A DNA stretch of 64,000 nucleotides, taken from Polyangiaceae bacterium. Lineage in GTDB: Bacteria; Myxococcota_A; Polyangia; Polyangiales; Polyangiaceae. Below, piece by piece: positions 55,571 to 64,000 of the stretch. The number at the start of each line of letters is the position of its first letter. Position 1 is the first letter of the stretch. The translations under genes were made by a program, and so were the position numbers. The stretch covers positions 181,705 through 245,704 of the forward strand of contig JANRKO010000028.1 in the NCBI GenBank assembly GCA_033763455.1, in the 5' to 3' direction. Under the pieces are notes generated by a model. The model searched no databases and was not told the origin of the DNA. It was given only the letters and a program-made list of their open reading frames with translations.

Positions 55571-56290
55571 GTGAGCGATACAAGTGTGAAGGCTCTGGGG
55601 TCGAAGCTCATTTTGCTAACATTCCTCACTTGGGGGTGCGCATCGCAGGCTGGATTTGGGCGCGCGAGCGCTCTGCCCGCGGGTACTATTGAAGCGTTTG
55701 GGTCAGCAAATGTGAGCCTGGCGACCATGCCCACAGGCGCGGAATTCCCGATCCCCTTGCCGTATGCAGATCTTCTCCTGGGCGGAAGCTATGGCCTGAA
55801 CGAGCGAGTCGCGGTCGGAGGACGGCTGTGGGGGCTCGGGATCCAAGGCTTGAGTCACTGGGGCGTGGCCCTGGACAGCAAGGTCGAACTGACGCCGCCG
55901 GAGCCCGGACGTCAGTGGCACGCTGCGGTGGCTGGCGCTGTAGGTTATCATCAGCTGTTGGTTGGAGGCACGCCATTGCATGTGGGTTCCTTGAACCTGC
56001 CGCTCCTTATCGGGCGCGACTTTGGCCCGCATCACCTGGTTTTCGGTCCTCGCCTTACTTGGCACGTGAACGCGGGGGAAGGCCAGGGCACCATCGAAAC
56101 CACTACCTATGGAGCCTCCGTCGGATTTGGGTGGCGCATAGCCCAAAGGTGGGAGCTTTTTCCTGAAGCTATCGTCGGCTGGTCACCCGTCTCCTTTAAC
56201 GGTCAGGTGGATAGCCCCGAGCACCGGGGAGCTTCATTCTTGCATTTGGCTATCGGGGCACGAGCTTCATGGCCTCCGCCCAAGCCATGA
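55571..56290 (+). CDS. Hypothetical lipoprotein with amphipathic beta-strands (putative small outer-membrane barrel)
   Basis: GTG start 2 nt after the upstream stop; TWGC lipobox-like; alternating patterns YGLNERVAVGGRL and YGASVGFGWRI. Confidence 0.6.
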   Translation: MSDTSVKALGSKLILLTFLTWGCASQAGFGRASALPAGTIEAFGSANVSLATMPTGAEFPIPLPYADLLLGGSYGLNERVAVGGRLWGLGIQGLSHWGVALDSKVELTPPEPGRQWHAAVAGAVGYHQLLVGGTPLHVGSLNLPLLIGRDFGPHHLVFGPRLTWHVNAGEGQGTIETTTYGASVGFGWRIAQRWELFPEAIVGWSPVSFNGQVDSPEHRGASFLHLAIGARASWPPPKP

Positions 56291-56385
56291 AGCTGGGAGT
56301 AGGGGCACCTTTTGGATAGAGCTCCGTGAGCTATCCTGATGCGAAAGGAGAACCGTGCGATTGCGTTCCTTCTGTACGCCACAAG

Positions 56386-57231
56386 CTAACGACAGGATTG
56401 AGTGGCAATGGCATCGGCACCGTTGCAGTAGCGAATGTCTGCTGACTGACCACAGCCTGGGACCGAACTTTGAAGCCAACAGTTGCAACACGTATTGTCT
56501 CGAGAATAGAGCGACGTGTACTCGGGTTCGTACGCCCCATCGCAATTGAAATCGAACGAGAAACTGCTCCGAGAGGAGTTGCTAAAATACGAAGTTTGGC
56601 CTTTGAAAACGAGCGGATCCGCATCATCGCAATCGCCATCGCAGCCTCGCATGTTGTCCCCGTCCCCGTCATTGCAGCAGCCGGCTGAACATTCCGAGCA
56701 CGTCTGCTGCTTTATCCGACCGTTCTGCGTACAATAGATCGCCTTGGTTCCCTCGCACCGGTTCACGAAAGTCCTAGGGTCACACTGAAAACAGCCTACA
56801 ACCCCAGTTTCTTCAATGTGAATACATGAGGTTCCGGCGTCTAGGCAGGGCCCTAGGTCTATCTTGCCAAATCGACATATAACCCGGTCAGCTCCTTGGC
56901 ACCCGATCACCTTCTGATCATCGACGGGTTGGCATTCCGGCTGCGCGCGGCCCGTGCCACCTGAGCCGCTAGCTGATCCGCTCGTTCCACCGGAAGTTAC
57001 ACTTCCCGGTTGCCCACCGCTGCCCGCAAGAGTGCCGCCGCCTTGGCCTCCGGTCAGAGTGCTTGTGCCACCACTGCTGCTTCCCCCCATAGACGTATTC
57101 CCTCCCCCCGCTGCCGAACCCGGCAGAACTGCGCTCGACGAGGAGCCTCCCGCGCAGCCCATCGAAAGCAGCATGCCGAGGACAAGCCATGAGCGAACCT
57201 TCAATTTCCGAAATCTTGCCAAGTGAGTCAT
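56386..57231 (-). CDS. Cys-rich lipoprotein with a putative metal-binding (MopE-like) motif
   Basis: Lipobox SMGC, Gly/Ser/Thr linker, DGDGD...GDCDDADPLVFKG...DFNCDG. The ORF track extends to 57474. Confidence 0.7.
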   Translation of the reverse strand: MTHLARFRKLKVRSWLVLGMLLSMGCAGGSSSSAVLPGSAAGGGNTSMGGSSSGGTSTLTGGQGGGTLAGSGGQPGSVTSGGTSGSASGSGGTGRAQPECQPVDDQKVIGCQGADRVICRFGKIDLGPCLDAGTSCIHIEETGVVGCFQCDPRTFVNRCEGTKAIYCTQNGRIKQQTCSECSAGCCNDGDGDNMRGCDGDCDDADPLVFKGQTSYFSNSSRSSFSFDFNCDGAYEPEYTSLYSRDNTCCNCWLQSSVPGCGQSADIRYCNGADAIATQSCR

Positions 57232-57491
57232 CTGTCGAATTTTCCCAACATAACCGGGTACCCGCGCAGAGCGCATGCGCGCTGAGACGGGGAACCGCAA
57301 GAAAGCATTCAAGTAGGTGTAAGCCCTCATGTGGTGCTCAGTAAATACAGCTAAACTGACTGCCGCAGGCCAAGTCGACGAACGGGAACACCTGCAATCG
57401 TATATCGACGCCGTGGGATTATCCGCGCAAGGAATGTTAGTGGCGTGGATTTGACGGAGGAAGGTTGAAATCATACCTTGCTTGAACGCTA

Positions 57492-58955
57492 ATGCGAAAC
57501 TTCTTTGGCGCTCTTCCGGCAGCGGTGCTTCTCTTTATAGCTCAAGTGTCCCATGCGGAATGTGTGCAAGCACCTATCTCACCAACGAACCCCCCGGCGA
57601 ACTGTAAGCCTTTCGGTACGACGATGGATTGTGCGCTTTGGTTACCTCCGTCCAACAATACCAATACTAAGTACCCACTCGTCATTTTTCTTCACGGTGC
57701 TGGCGCTGCGGGTACCGGCGACTATTTAAAACCTGTCGACGACGGGTGGACCTGTCAGCTGCAGGCTGTGCTCGCCGCGCGAGACACCAACCCCGCCTAC
57801 GTGCTGGTACCCCGTGCCGGGAACGCCGAATACGAAGCGAGCCAGGCTGAGGGGCCAGCGCTCGCCTTTGTGACGTGGAATTGGGGAAATCAGGAATCCT
57901 ACAACGTTGATACACTACCCGAGTCGACTACCCTGATCGAAGCGCGTGCAATGCTTACTAGGCTTCAGAAGCGCTTCCCCAACATCGATCCTGATCGCAT
58001 CTACGTTGTGGGCGTTTCGATGGGTGGCTATGGCGCTTGGGATATGATTTCGCGCACGCCCAATCTGTTTGCTGCGGGTGTGCCAGCAGACGGTGGTGGC
58101 TCACCTCAGGCGGCGGCGCGCCTGATCAACATGGCGGTTTGGTCCTTTCACAATGCCGACGATGGTATCGTTCCCTCCACGAGCGATCGAGGAATGTTTA
58201 AGGCCTTGGCACTGGCGGGTGGGCGTCCCTATTACACGGAGGGAACCGGTGCGGACCATAAGGGAATGGTAATTCCTCACGACATGAACTTTGCGCCGTG
58301 GCTTTTCCAACAACGCCGCGGGGTTCCCTCCACTCCGGTTCCGCAACTCACCTTTTCCCCCGACGGCGGCAATCAGCTACAAGGCCCTGTAACCGTTACT
58401 ATTACCACCACACCTGCGGCAAACACCATCTACTACACGACCGATGGCACGGTTCCCAACGCCCTACAAGCGGTAGGCCAGCTCTACACGGGGCCGTTTA
58501 CAGTTAACACCAGTGCGATTGTTATGGCCGCGGCGCACTCAACCGCGGAAGGGGATGTCACTACGTTTCATGCTGCACCCTTTCAGATTGGCTCAACGCC
58601 CTTGCCCGTGGTCGCGCCATCTCCTGGTGGCAGTGGTGGCACGCCGGGAGCAAGTGGAGGCGCGGGCCCGGTCAGCACGGGCGGAATGGCAAGTGGCACT
58701 GGCGGAAGTCCGGCTCCGATAGGTAGCACCGGAGGGACCTCCACGAAGGTTCCACCGGGAACTGGAGGCGCGGGGGTCAATCCGGTTGGGGCAGCTGGAG
58801 GCTCGCCTTCCGGTTCGAGCGGTGGTCAGTCCCCCAATCGAAGTAGCGCAAAGAGCGGATGCACCGTAACTCAAGGCACTCGCTCTGCAACGGCATTGGG
58901 AGCGTTGAGCTTGGCTCTAGTGGGTTTGCTCGGGTTGCGGCGACGAAGCGGTTAA
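57492..58955 (+). CDS. Secreted alpha/beta hydrolase (COG4099-like esterase) + Fn3-associated/chitobiase-C domain + MYXO-CTERM-type tail
   Basis: YPLVIFLHGAG, IDPDRIYVVGVSMGGYGAW, WSFHNADDGIVP; IYYTTDGTVP...YTGPF; SGCTV + TM helix + RRR. Confidence 0.87.
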   Translation: MRNFFGALPAAVLLFIAQVSHAECVQAPISPTNPPANCKPFGTTMDCALWLPPSNNTNTKYPLVIFLHGAGAAGTGDYLKPVDDGWTCQLQAVLAARDTNPAYVLVPRAGNAEYEASQAEGPALAFVTWNWGNQESYNVDTLPESTTLIEARAMLTRLQKRFPNIDPDRIYVVGVSMGGYGAWDMISRTPNLFAAGVPADGGGSPQAAARLINMAVWSFHNADDGIVPSTSDRGMFKALALAGGRPYYTEGTGADHKGMVIPHDMNFAPWLFQQRRGVPSTPVPQLTFSPDGGNQLQGPVTVTITTTPAANTIYYTTDGTVPNALQAVGQLYTGPFTVNTSAIVMAAAHSTAEGDVTTFHAAPFQIGSTPLPVVAPSPGGSGGTPGASGGAGPVSTGGMASGTGGSPAPIGSTGGTSTKVPPGTGGAGVNPVGAAGGSPSGSSGGQSPNRSSAKSGCTVTQGTRSATALGALSLALVGLLGLRRRSG

Positions 58956-59260
58956 TCGGTTCAGTGTCACCCGCATTCAGGTGGTTTCTCTAGTGCCGAC
59001 GGCTGAGTGGATCCGCATTGGGTGCGGGTGTAGGGCTGGCAACACGCGAATTGGTGTAACCTAGCGGGCTGCGGAAGAAGTGACGAGCGGGAAGGTTGCA
59101 GGGCCCGGTGCTCAAGGAAGGTCATCGCTGGCAGGATAACGTCCGCCAAGAGTGCGGTCACCGTCGGGTTTGTCCGTGCACCGCAACAAACAGGGCTTCG
59201 CGCGCAAGCTGAGGTCCGAGCGTTGCCGAATCCTGAATGCTTCGGGGACTCGACGTGATA

Positions 59261-59294
59261 TAGGAAGGGCTGCCTTATGCGGCGCGCCTTCCTA
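59261..59294 (+). other. Stem-loop in the leader of the SGNH gene
   Basis: TAGGAAGG (59261-59268) / CCTTCCTA (59287-59294), with further inner pairing. Confidence 0.4.
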
Positions 59295-59317
59295 GTCATC
59301 GCTGAACGGGAGTTTCC

Positions 59318-60301
59318 ATGAGAGCATGTCATTGGTTGGGTATTGCGTGGGCGCTGAGCATGGTGGGCGCCTGCAGCAGTCACAAAACGTCGTTGCTCCA
59401 GGCGGGCACAGGAGGCAGCGTCGGCGTGGGCGGCAAAGGCGCTACCTCAGGAGGAAGCACGAGCGCTATTGGTGGTGCGCAGAGTGGCGGCGCCGCAAGC
59501 ACACCTTCTGGCGGGCAGACGAGTACCAGTGGTGGTGCCGGTGGCGCGGCAACAGGAGGAAGCAACGGGCCTGTTGGTGGAAACGGCGGAAGTGCGGGTG
59601 CTGTTTCCACGTTTGACCCGTGTCCTGCCCCTGGTCAGAGCTGCAAAGTGCTCCCCTTCGGTGACTCGATCACGTGGGGCTACCCGGATCCAGGGTCCGG
59701 TGGCTACCGAGTGCCACTGTTCTCGCGAACGCACCAGGCCGGCAAGGCGATGACCCTGGTGGGCACGCGCTCGGATGGCCCCGACGTGGTAGATGGAGTC
59801 ACATTTCCAAAAGCGCACGAGGGTGAAGGCGGCGCGTCGATAGCTCAGATCAAAGACAGGTTGAGCCTCCCCGAGGTGATCGCACTCGCGCCCCACATCG
59901 TGTTGCTTCACGCGGGCACGAACGATGTGGAGGCTTGGGCGGAAGGTCTAGACCCCAATGCGACGGCAGAGATGCTGGCGGTTCGCTTAGGCGAACTCCT
60001 CGACGCTACCGTGCAAACGTTCCCCAGCGCGTTGGTTGCGGTCGCAACAAACATTCCGTTCCGCAATACTGGCACGATGTACAACCAAAAAGGCGCCCCT
60101 TATAACGCGCTCATCCCCCAGGTGGTTTCGGCGCGTGCAGCGCAGGGAAAGCACGTTATCTTGGTCGATCAGAATTCGGCATTCCTAGCGGATCCCTCCT
60201 ACGAGGTGAATCTGATGGCGGATGATGATCACCCGAATTCAGCCGGCTACGCCATCATGGCAGACACTTGGTACGCTGCCATTGGAGCGCTGTTGCGCTA
60301 A
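59318..60301 (+). CDS. SGNH/GDSL hydrolase lipoprotein (CE3 acetylxylan esterase-like)
   Basis: Lipobox VGAC, Gly-rich linker; PFGDSIT, GGYR, HEG, HAGTND, DDDHPNSAGY. Confidence 0.9.
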   Translation: MRACHWLGIAWALSMVGACSSHKTSLLQAGTGGSVGVGGKGATSGGSTSAIGGAQSGGAASTPSGGQTSTSGGAGGAATGGSNGPVGGNGGSAGAVSTFDPCPAPGQSCKVLPFGDSITWGYPDPGSGGYRVPLFSRTHQAGKAMTLVGTRSDGPDVVDGVTFPKAHEGEGGASIAQIKDRLSLPEVIALAPHIVLLHAGTNDVEAWAEGLDPNATAEMLAVRLGELLDATVQTFPSALVAVATNIPFRNTGTMYNQKGAPYNALIPQVVSARAAQGKHVILVDQNSAFLADPSYEVNLMADDDHPNSAGYAIMADTWYAAIGALLR

Positions 60302-60314
60302 GCGAGCCGAGCTT

Positions 60315-61514
60315 ATGGATACGAATGTTCTTGATTTCGGCGCCATCGGGGACGGGCGCACCGACGACACCGAAGCAATCCAGCTTGCTTTGGATCGCGT
60401 GTCAGCGGCTGGAGGAGGCACCCTCCTGCTGCCTCCGGGCGTCTATTCCTGCAACACGCTCCATCTGCGTTCACATGTTCTGCTACACCTGAGTGAGGGA
60501 GCCGTATTGCAATCTCGTGAAGAAGCCGTGGCTTATCCAATCATTGGGCGGACGCCTAATCTCCCAGGAAAGATTCAAGCCTTCCTCTGGGGTGAAAAGC
60601 TTGTTGACTTCGGGATAGAAGGACCTGGGAGCATCGACGGCGGTCACCCTGAAGCATTATCCGGTGCCGAAGCAGCGGCTATCTCGTTCCGACCAGCCTT
60701 GGTCTTTCTGCGCGATTGTCAGCGTTTGCACCTTTCGGGTTGTGAGCTGCGCAACAGTGCGTATTGGACGGCACATCTTCAGCGTTGCGAAGACGTTGTC
60801 ATGCAGGGCCTTACTCTACGGAGCCACCCACACCGCATCAATGCAGATGGAATTGACCCTGATGGCTGCCGTCGCGTGAAGATTATCGAGTGCGACGTAA
60901 GCACAGGGGATGATGCAATTGTGCTGAAGAGCACCGAAGGAGATCTGTGTGAAGATATCATTGTGGAAAGGTGCGTTTTGAGGTCGAGTTGTGCAGCCGC
61001 AAAGCTCGGTACAGAGTCGCTCGGGATCATCCGCCGCGTGGTGGTACGCAATTGTCGCCTGGAATCCCTCGAACGCGGAATTGCCCTTCATCTCAAGGAC
61101 GGCGGCGCGTTTGAAGATGTGTCCTTCGAAGACTGCACTGTGCTCGCTGATGGGCGATTTGCGATTCTGATCGACGCTTCGCCGCGCCACCCGGAGCACC
61201 CTTTCCCAGGCAACATCCGACGTGTGCTCCTTCGCCGCCTGGACGTGCGCACTGCAGGTCGTTTCTTGATCGAATCTGAGCCCCCTGGCCTGATCGAGGA
61301 CCTGCGGGTGGAAGACCTGAGCTGGTATGCCACGGGCCCCCTCGACCCCAACGCCACAAAGCCCGCTGGGGCCGCCCGCACTTCGGTGGTGGCGAAGACG
61401 CCGGCGCCCCTTGCACGGTTCGCTGCCAGGGGCGTCCAAGGTTTAGTGATTACGCGGTTTGAAGTTCATGGGGACAGGAGCGCTAAAGAGCTCGATATCG
61501 TGGCGTTTCCGTGA
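60315..61514 (+). CDS. GH28-like right-handed beta-helix glycoside hydrolase
   Basis: NVLDFGAIGDGRTDDTEAIQ, LRSHVLLHL, IEGPGSIDG, NADGIDPDGC, TGDDAIVLKS, KLGTES. No signal peptide. Confidence 0.85.
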   Translation: MDTNVLDFGAIGDGRTDDTEAIQLALDRVSAAGGGTLLLPPGVYSCNTLHLRSHVLLHLSEGAVLQSREEAVAYPIIGRTPNLPGKIQAFLWGEKLVDFGIEGPGSIDGGHPEALSGAEAAAISFRPALVFLRDCQRLHLSGCELRNSAYWTAHLQRCEDVVMQGLTLRSHPHRINADGIDPDGCRRVKIIECDVSTGDDAIVLKSTEGDLCEDIIVERCVLRSSCAAAKLGTESLGIIRRVVVRNCRLESLERGIALHLKDGGAFEDVSFEDCTVLADGRFAILIDASPRHPEHPFPGNIRRVLLRRLDVRTAGRFLIESEPPGLIEDLRVEDLSWYATGPLDPNATKPAGAARTSVVAKTPAPLARFAARGVQGLVITRFEVHGDRSAKELDIVAFP

Positions 61515-61641
61515 AGGTTTTCTGCCCGGGCCAGGCTTCAGCCGCACGTCACCTTCTTCGGTGCAGCGGGTAGGTAAATTCCTGGGGATTGCAAAGCGCC
61601 CTTGAAACACCCCGGGCCGATGCAGAACGACGAAGTATCGT

Positions 61642-61672
61642 GCCTCTGCTCTCCAGCTCGTTGAGCAGAGGC
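61642..61672. terminator. Hairpin between convergent genes (possible terminator)
   Basis: GCCTCTGCTC-11 nt-GAGCAGAGGC, a perfect 10-bp stem. Confidence 0.5.
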
Positions 61673-61706
61673 GATTCTGAGTGGAATCCGACAGATCCCC
61701 ACCAGA

Positions 61707-62288
61707 TTAACCTCGACGCAGAGAAACCGGACCCGAGACGCTCGGGTGGTGGGGTACGAAGAAGCGCAGTCGGCGGCGGGCGGCGGCGCCAGCATGGTCC
61801 ACACCGATGCGTGCTGAGCGCGCAACTCGCAGCACCACGCCGTCGTCGACGACGTAGAGGGCGGCTTTCGGCGAAGTCACGTCCAGGCCTTTGTGCGAAA
61901 GTGTGACGTTCAGGCTGCGGCAAAGCTTGCCCGGTCCACGCATGGCAACTGGATCTGGGTCGCCTAGGGGTTCGGCGGCTCGGATGAGCACTGCGCCCGC
62001 GATGCCGTCCGCCTCGCACACGAAGTTCATGCAGTGATGCATCCCATAAATGAGGTACACATAAAGGTGGCCGGGCGGGCCGAACATGATGGCCGAGCGC
62101 GACGTGGGGCCGTTGCGGGCGTGCGACGCTCTGTCCCGCGTTCCTAGGTATGCTTCGACCTCGACGATGCGCGCGCGCTGAACCGAACCGTTGTCGCACG
62201 TGCGCACAATGATCTTTCCGAGCAGATCTGCTGCCACCTGTTCAGTTGGGCGTGCGTAGAAGGCGCGGGGTAGCGGAGGCGGGGCCAT
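61707..62288 (-). CDS. mpg: 3-methyladenine DNA glycosylase (MPG/AAG family)
   Basis: RIVEVEAYLG, DRASHA, MFGPPGHLYVYLIYGMHHCMN, AVLIRAAEP, GPGKLC, ARIGV. Confidence 0.95.
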   Translation of the reverse strand: MAPPPLPRAFYARPTEQVAADLLGKIIVRTCDNGSVQRARIVEVEAYLGTRDRASHARNGPTSRSAIMFGPPGHLYVYLIYGMHHCMNFVCEADGIAGAVLIRAAEPLGDPDPVAMRGPGKLCRSLNVTLSHKGLDVTSPKAALYVVDDGVVLRVARSARIGVDHAGAAARRRLRFFVPHHPSVSGPVSLRRG

Positions 62289-62455
62289 CGACGTGCGAAG
62301 AGTGTGCTCAGAGCGACGCCAAAGCCAAGGAGTGCTGGAAGCGCGCTCCGCGAGCATCCCAAGGGTAGCGTCGCAGCTTCCGGGGTCGAGATGGCCGGCG
62401 GTGTCGAGTGGATACCGTGAGGCTCAGGAGTAGTTGGCCTCGACGGGGCTGAAAG

Positions 62456-63349
62456 TCAGTTCACGCTGCCCGCACACCCGTTCGGAGGGTGCGAGCCCGG
62501 ATATGGTCGTGGCATTTGCGTTGGGAATTGGCACGAGTAGGTGTGGCAATCATTCAACGCACAGGCTGCATCCGCTGCATTGGAATCACAGCTTGCTGTA
62601 AGTGCGGAAGCACGGCACTCCTTGCCCAGGGCCGCATGGGCTTGGCAAGGGTCAGAGTACGACTCCACCTCGATGAGGCAGCTATCGATGCAGCCGTTGA
62701 TGTCCACCACACCTCCGGAGCAGATCCGGGAGCGGTTGCAGTAGCTCTCGCACGCTTCTTGAGCAAAAACAACAGGTGAATCCACTGGCGGTTGTGGCGA
62801 TAGTGGTAGTGGTGGGGATGGTGGAACTGTGCACGCCTCTGCAGCGCTGATGAGGACGCCGCACTCCTGCTGCGCGTAGCCAAGACCACACCGTGAGTTC
62901 CAGAATTTGTTTTCGTAGCAGCTGAGAGCCTGCATTCTAATCTGGTAGCAATCGGCGCTCACGATGTCCTGGTGCAGGTAGGTGTTGCACTCGTTCTCGC
63001 AGATGGAGCTTCCGTGACGACACTCGGCGAGTAGCCCGCAGAAAGTAGCGCACGTTGTGGGTGGCCGCGGCGGCGGCGGTGTCGACGGGAGGCTTGGTTG
63101 TATGCCAAGGTCCACTTGGAACGATTGGCCGCCTACGCCAGCTGGTGCCCCACCAATGCCCGCTGCGCCCCCCGAGGTGGGCCCTCCCCTGGAGGCTTTG
63201 CCCCCACTACCCGCGGCCGCAGTTCCCTCAGACGGGATGGAGGGTTGTGTGCCGGTTAACTCCGGTTGGTTCTCGCTAGCGCGCCCTCCGCATGCCGTTA
63301 ACCCATACGCCATACCCAGCAAGATCCGAGCCTTCAGTCCGCGCAGCAT
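62456..63349 (-). CDS. Cys-rich lipoprotein with two C-x3-C-x5-C helical modules
   Basis: Lipobox LTAC, Gly/Pro linkers; CATFCGLLAEC...CENEC and CESYCNRSRIC...CIDSC. Confidence 0.7.
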   Translation of the reverse strand: MLRGLKARILLGMAYGLTACGGRASENQPELTGTQPSIPSEGTAAAGSGGKASRGGPTSGGAAGIGGAPAGVGGQSFQVDLGIQPSLPSTPPPPRPPTTCATFCGLLAECRHGSSICENECNTYLHQDIVSADCYQIRMQALSCYENKFWNSRCGLGYAQQECGVLISAAEACTVPPSPPLPLSPQPPVDSPVVFAQEACESYCNRSRICSGGVVDINGCIDSCLIEVESYSDPCQAHAALGKECRASALTASCDSNAADAACALNDCHTYSCQFPTQMPRPYPGSHPPNGCAGSVN

Positions 63350-63530
63350 ACGTACAGAATAGCATTCAACGGTTGCAGATCCACGACTTAGTCGAGCACC
63401 CACGGATGGGTCGACTGCGCACGAGGGTTCTCCCTCGTGTTCGCCTGTGGCTGTGGGTCAGTCCTGAAACTCCGAGCCGGGTGATTGCGGTTGAGCGTGT
63501 GGCTTCGATGCCTATGTGTTTAGGGTTGAT

Positions 63531-63614
63531 TCACACGATCTTGATCAGCTTCGATCGGCCGACTTCGCGGTCGTCGGTCATGAGCACCGCATTGAGCCTG
63601 AGGGCAACTATCAT
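63531..63614 (-). pseudogene. Possible PIN/VapC toxin C-terminal remnant
   Basis: Reads MIVALRLNAVLMTDDREVGRSKLIKIV*, resembling the AxxxxAxLxTxD end of PIN domains. No N-terminal half found. Confidence 0.3.
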
Positions 63615-63860
63615 CGAGGCGGGCGCTGCCCTTTCCGCGGACCGGGTGCACTCTCGAAAGTGCGCGCCAATGGTGTCGCGGACCCGCTTGGGCTACGCAA
63701 CGGAAAGCTCGCGGAGCCTGGAAATGACTCCGAAATGTCGCGCCGGAGGAGGGGACGATTCCGCTATCCCCAGCAATGGTCAGGGCTGTGAGGCGCCCAA
63801 GGCAACCTTGTGGCGCGTTGGTGGGTCTTCGTTTAAACCGTGTTAGACTCACTCGTCATC

Positions 63861-64000
63861 TGGAGTTTCCCGGATTTTCCGGACAGATTGTTGATGTGAT
63901 TATGCCGCAAGCTGAGCGGAATACGCCAGCTCGAAGTTGATGGGGGATTGGTTTCCTGCGGCCGAATGGCGCCGCTTCGCGTTGTAGTAGTTCTCGATGT
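63861..64000 (-). mobile_element. Right end of an IS3-family insertion sequence (continues beyond the window)
   Basis: Terminal sequence TGGAGTTTCCCGGATTTTCCGGACAG from 63861 (a TG...CA end) lies just past the transposase stop. Confidence 0.85.
63900..64000 (-). CDS. IS3-family transposase OrfB, C-terminal end (partial)
   Basis: Hand translation IENYYNAKRRHSAAGNQSPINFELAYSAQLAA*, matching the YNxxRxHSxxxxxSP integrase-core tail. Confidence 0.88.
   Translation of the reverse strand, partial: IENYYNAKRRHSAAGNQSPINFELAYSAQLAA

Noticed and set aside
51644..56290. RiPP biosynthetic cluster (TldD + copper monooxygenase)
   Set aside because: No precursor peptide, YcaO, radical SAM enzyme or exporter nearby, and a 193-bp gap separates the two units.
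63842..63848. GTTAGAC as an attC/attI core site beside the IS3 end
   Set aside because: An isolated 7-mer with no complementary partner at a suitable distance.
1..64000. tRNA, rRNA, tmRNA or known riboswitches
   Set aside because: No cloverleaf, T-loop or riboswitch consensus was recognised by eye; a tRNAscan/Infernal run is needed to exclude them formally.

Overview
A GC-rich bacterial chromosomal window that looks myxobacterial, probably Polyangiales/Polyangiaceae-like. The evidence is two MYXO-CTERM-type sorting tails, romR next to valS, an SgmX-like TPR protein, a DUF1592/DUF1552 pair and many Gly/Cys-rich lipoproteins. The centre (~16-54 kb) is mostly housekeeping, envelope and signalling genes: ECF sigma/anti-sigma pairs, PP2C, rpiA, mutM, Omp85 plus a heterodimeric ABC exporter, cobA-hemD, an ArnT-like transferase, FHA-GGDEF, valS, romR, hrcA, skp, fabZ and tldD. 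The flanks are accessory. The left flank holds XylR-GH38, a decayed patch at 7.7-9.5 kb, surface lipoproteins and a PQQ dehydrogenase/diheme cytochrome pair. The right flank holds a copper monooxygenase, esterases, an atypical GH28 and an IS3 end. No rRNA, tRNA or CRISPR array was seen. The main leads are: (i) an intact ACER3/YPC1-like alkaline ceramidase, together with a skp-fabZ locus lacking lpxD/lpxA, which hints at a sphingolipid-based envelope; (ii) a methyltransferase carrying the eukaryotic PRMT motif set downstream of sgmX; (iii) internally collapsed toxin-antitoxin and AAA+ ATPase genes that keep their ends and operator palindromes; (iv) a solo TldD coupled to a pseudo-receiver OmpR regulator. 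All calls come from reading motifs by eye. No database search was run.
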